The notes under the pieces: generated by a model
Told to the model about the DNA's origin: nothing
The model's input: the letters and a program-made list of their open reading frames with translations, nothing else
Database searches by the model: none
In this document: piece after piece, positions 62,741-64,000 of the stretch
Layout of the letters: every line of letters starts with the position of its first letter
Numbering within the stretch: position 1 is the first letter of the stretch
Translations under genes and position numbers: made by a program
Assembly: GCA_964016885.1 (NCBI GenBank)
Contig: OZ024743.1
Location: 360,778,001-360,842,000 of the forward strand
Direction: 5' to 3'
Length of the DNA stretch: 64,000 bases
Origin: Eledone cirrhosa
Lineage: Eukaryota

Positions 62741-62929
62741 GTTCCCTTTTGAAACGTCCTGTCGCACTTTCGCCCCGGAGCTATCCCAAAGCTATTTCAC
62801 TATAACATAACATTTGCGGGACTCTGGGACACCGGCTTGCCTGGCAGTGCCGATTTTAACGTGAGAAACACGTGCTTCTGCCCAAGCACGTCCGCAAATA
62901 ACCCATCATGTGGAACAAGTTTTCTCCAC

Positions 62930-63275
62930 TGGCACGGGAAGTTGACTATTGTGGTGTACTATGACCCTACAGACATCTCAAATGACACTTTCCAGGAGGA
63001 CAACTCTGACAATCTCCAGCAGGTTTTAGACCAAAGTCCACCGTGTATTATTACGATCATCATAGGCGGTGGATTGGCAGTATCAGTAGAGGGTCGGACG
63101 CCATGCTTTCCAGCATAGTTACATCCCTTTACGTTCTGAGTTCAAATCCCGCCGAGGTTGACTTTGCCTTTCATCCTTACGGGGTCGATAAAATAAAGTA
63201 CCATTAACGCACTGGGATAATTGCTGGCTTTGTGCCTAAAGTAGAAACAATTATTATGATCATCATGAAGGACGA
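62930..63275 (+). mobile_element. RTE-type APE endonuclease relic interrupted by a SINE
   Basis: KLTIVVYYDPT..NLQQVLDQSP..IIMKD, resuming after the SINE. Confidence 0.5.
63064..63249 (+). mobile_element. Full-length tRNA-derived SINE with 17-bp TSD
   Basis: A-box-like TGGCAGTATCAG and B box GAGTTCAAATC. TSD ATTATTAYGATCATCAT at 63047-63063 and 63250-63266. Confidence 0.9.
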
Positions 63276-63803
63276 CAATACTGCCCTCTCTTCTTGTCAG
63301 GTTCCCTCCCCGCACAACTGTTTAATAAATCCTGAAAACAAAGCAAATCATCGATCTAAGTAACCGATTATCAATTACTAACTATCGACTTTTGTAAAGC
63401 ATCAAACACCATTTACACATCAGTGGGGGTGGTCTCTATATATGTCTCACACTGAACAAAATGCAATATATCTGTCCAGAGGACGAATTTTAAATCTCCT
63501 CCACATGGTGTCAAATAAACATTTAAAAGCAAGGGCAGAGATAAAGTGGACAGGACGTTATAATTGCTAGACGAAGCTCCCACATACCAATTCCAATTAA
63601 GGAAACTCGACTTGAAATTCTTTGATATGTTGGAAAAATCGATAGTTGGAAATCAATAATCTATTCCTTAGGTTCATGGTTTACTTCATTTTTGGATTTA
63701 TGAAAGGGGCGTATGGAGATTAGAATATACGTTTATTTTACATTTTCCTATACACCTTCCTCTCACTCCCTCTCTCCCCTCTCTCGCCCCTCTCCATCTC
63801 TCT

Positions 63804-63852
<49 letters not shown>

Positions 63853-64000
63853 CGTTCAAATTTGGTGGTTTACAGTTGGGTAGAATTGGTTATTCTGAAA
63901 TATTAACCATGACGTAATATGAGCACTGTTTAGAGAAATAAATAATTCAACCTGACTGACCTCCTGATATTTTACTTTATTATATATATATATATATATA

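Overview
AT-rich, microsatellite-dense animal DNA. The SINE types suggest an octopod/coleoid cephalopod (inference). No host gene is recognisable. Positions ~311-32380 form one uninterrupted array of seven non-LTR retrotransposon copies plus one nested mini-insertion, each bounded by (AAT)n tracts. The array holds two L1/Tx1-type elements (ORF1 + APE-RT ORF2), both on the minus strand, and five R4/Dong-type RT-RLE elements of two families (A x3, B x2), all on the plus strand. One Tx1 copy, one family-A copy and one family-B copy have intact ORFs. The remaining 32 kb is decayed repeat DNA: Penelope-like relics with hammerhead-like motifs and inverted repeats, tRNA-derived SINEs, RTE/CR1/Tc1-mariner fragments, and a third, degenerate R4/Dong-like family inserted in (TACA)n. 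The best candidate system is two unrelated endonuclease classes filling one (AAT)n tract in opposite orientations. Supporting features are target self-seeding, ORF1/5' module exchange, and a leader and RNA stem shared between divergent families. All alignments and identities were done by eye.
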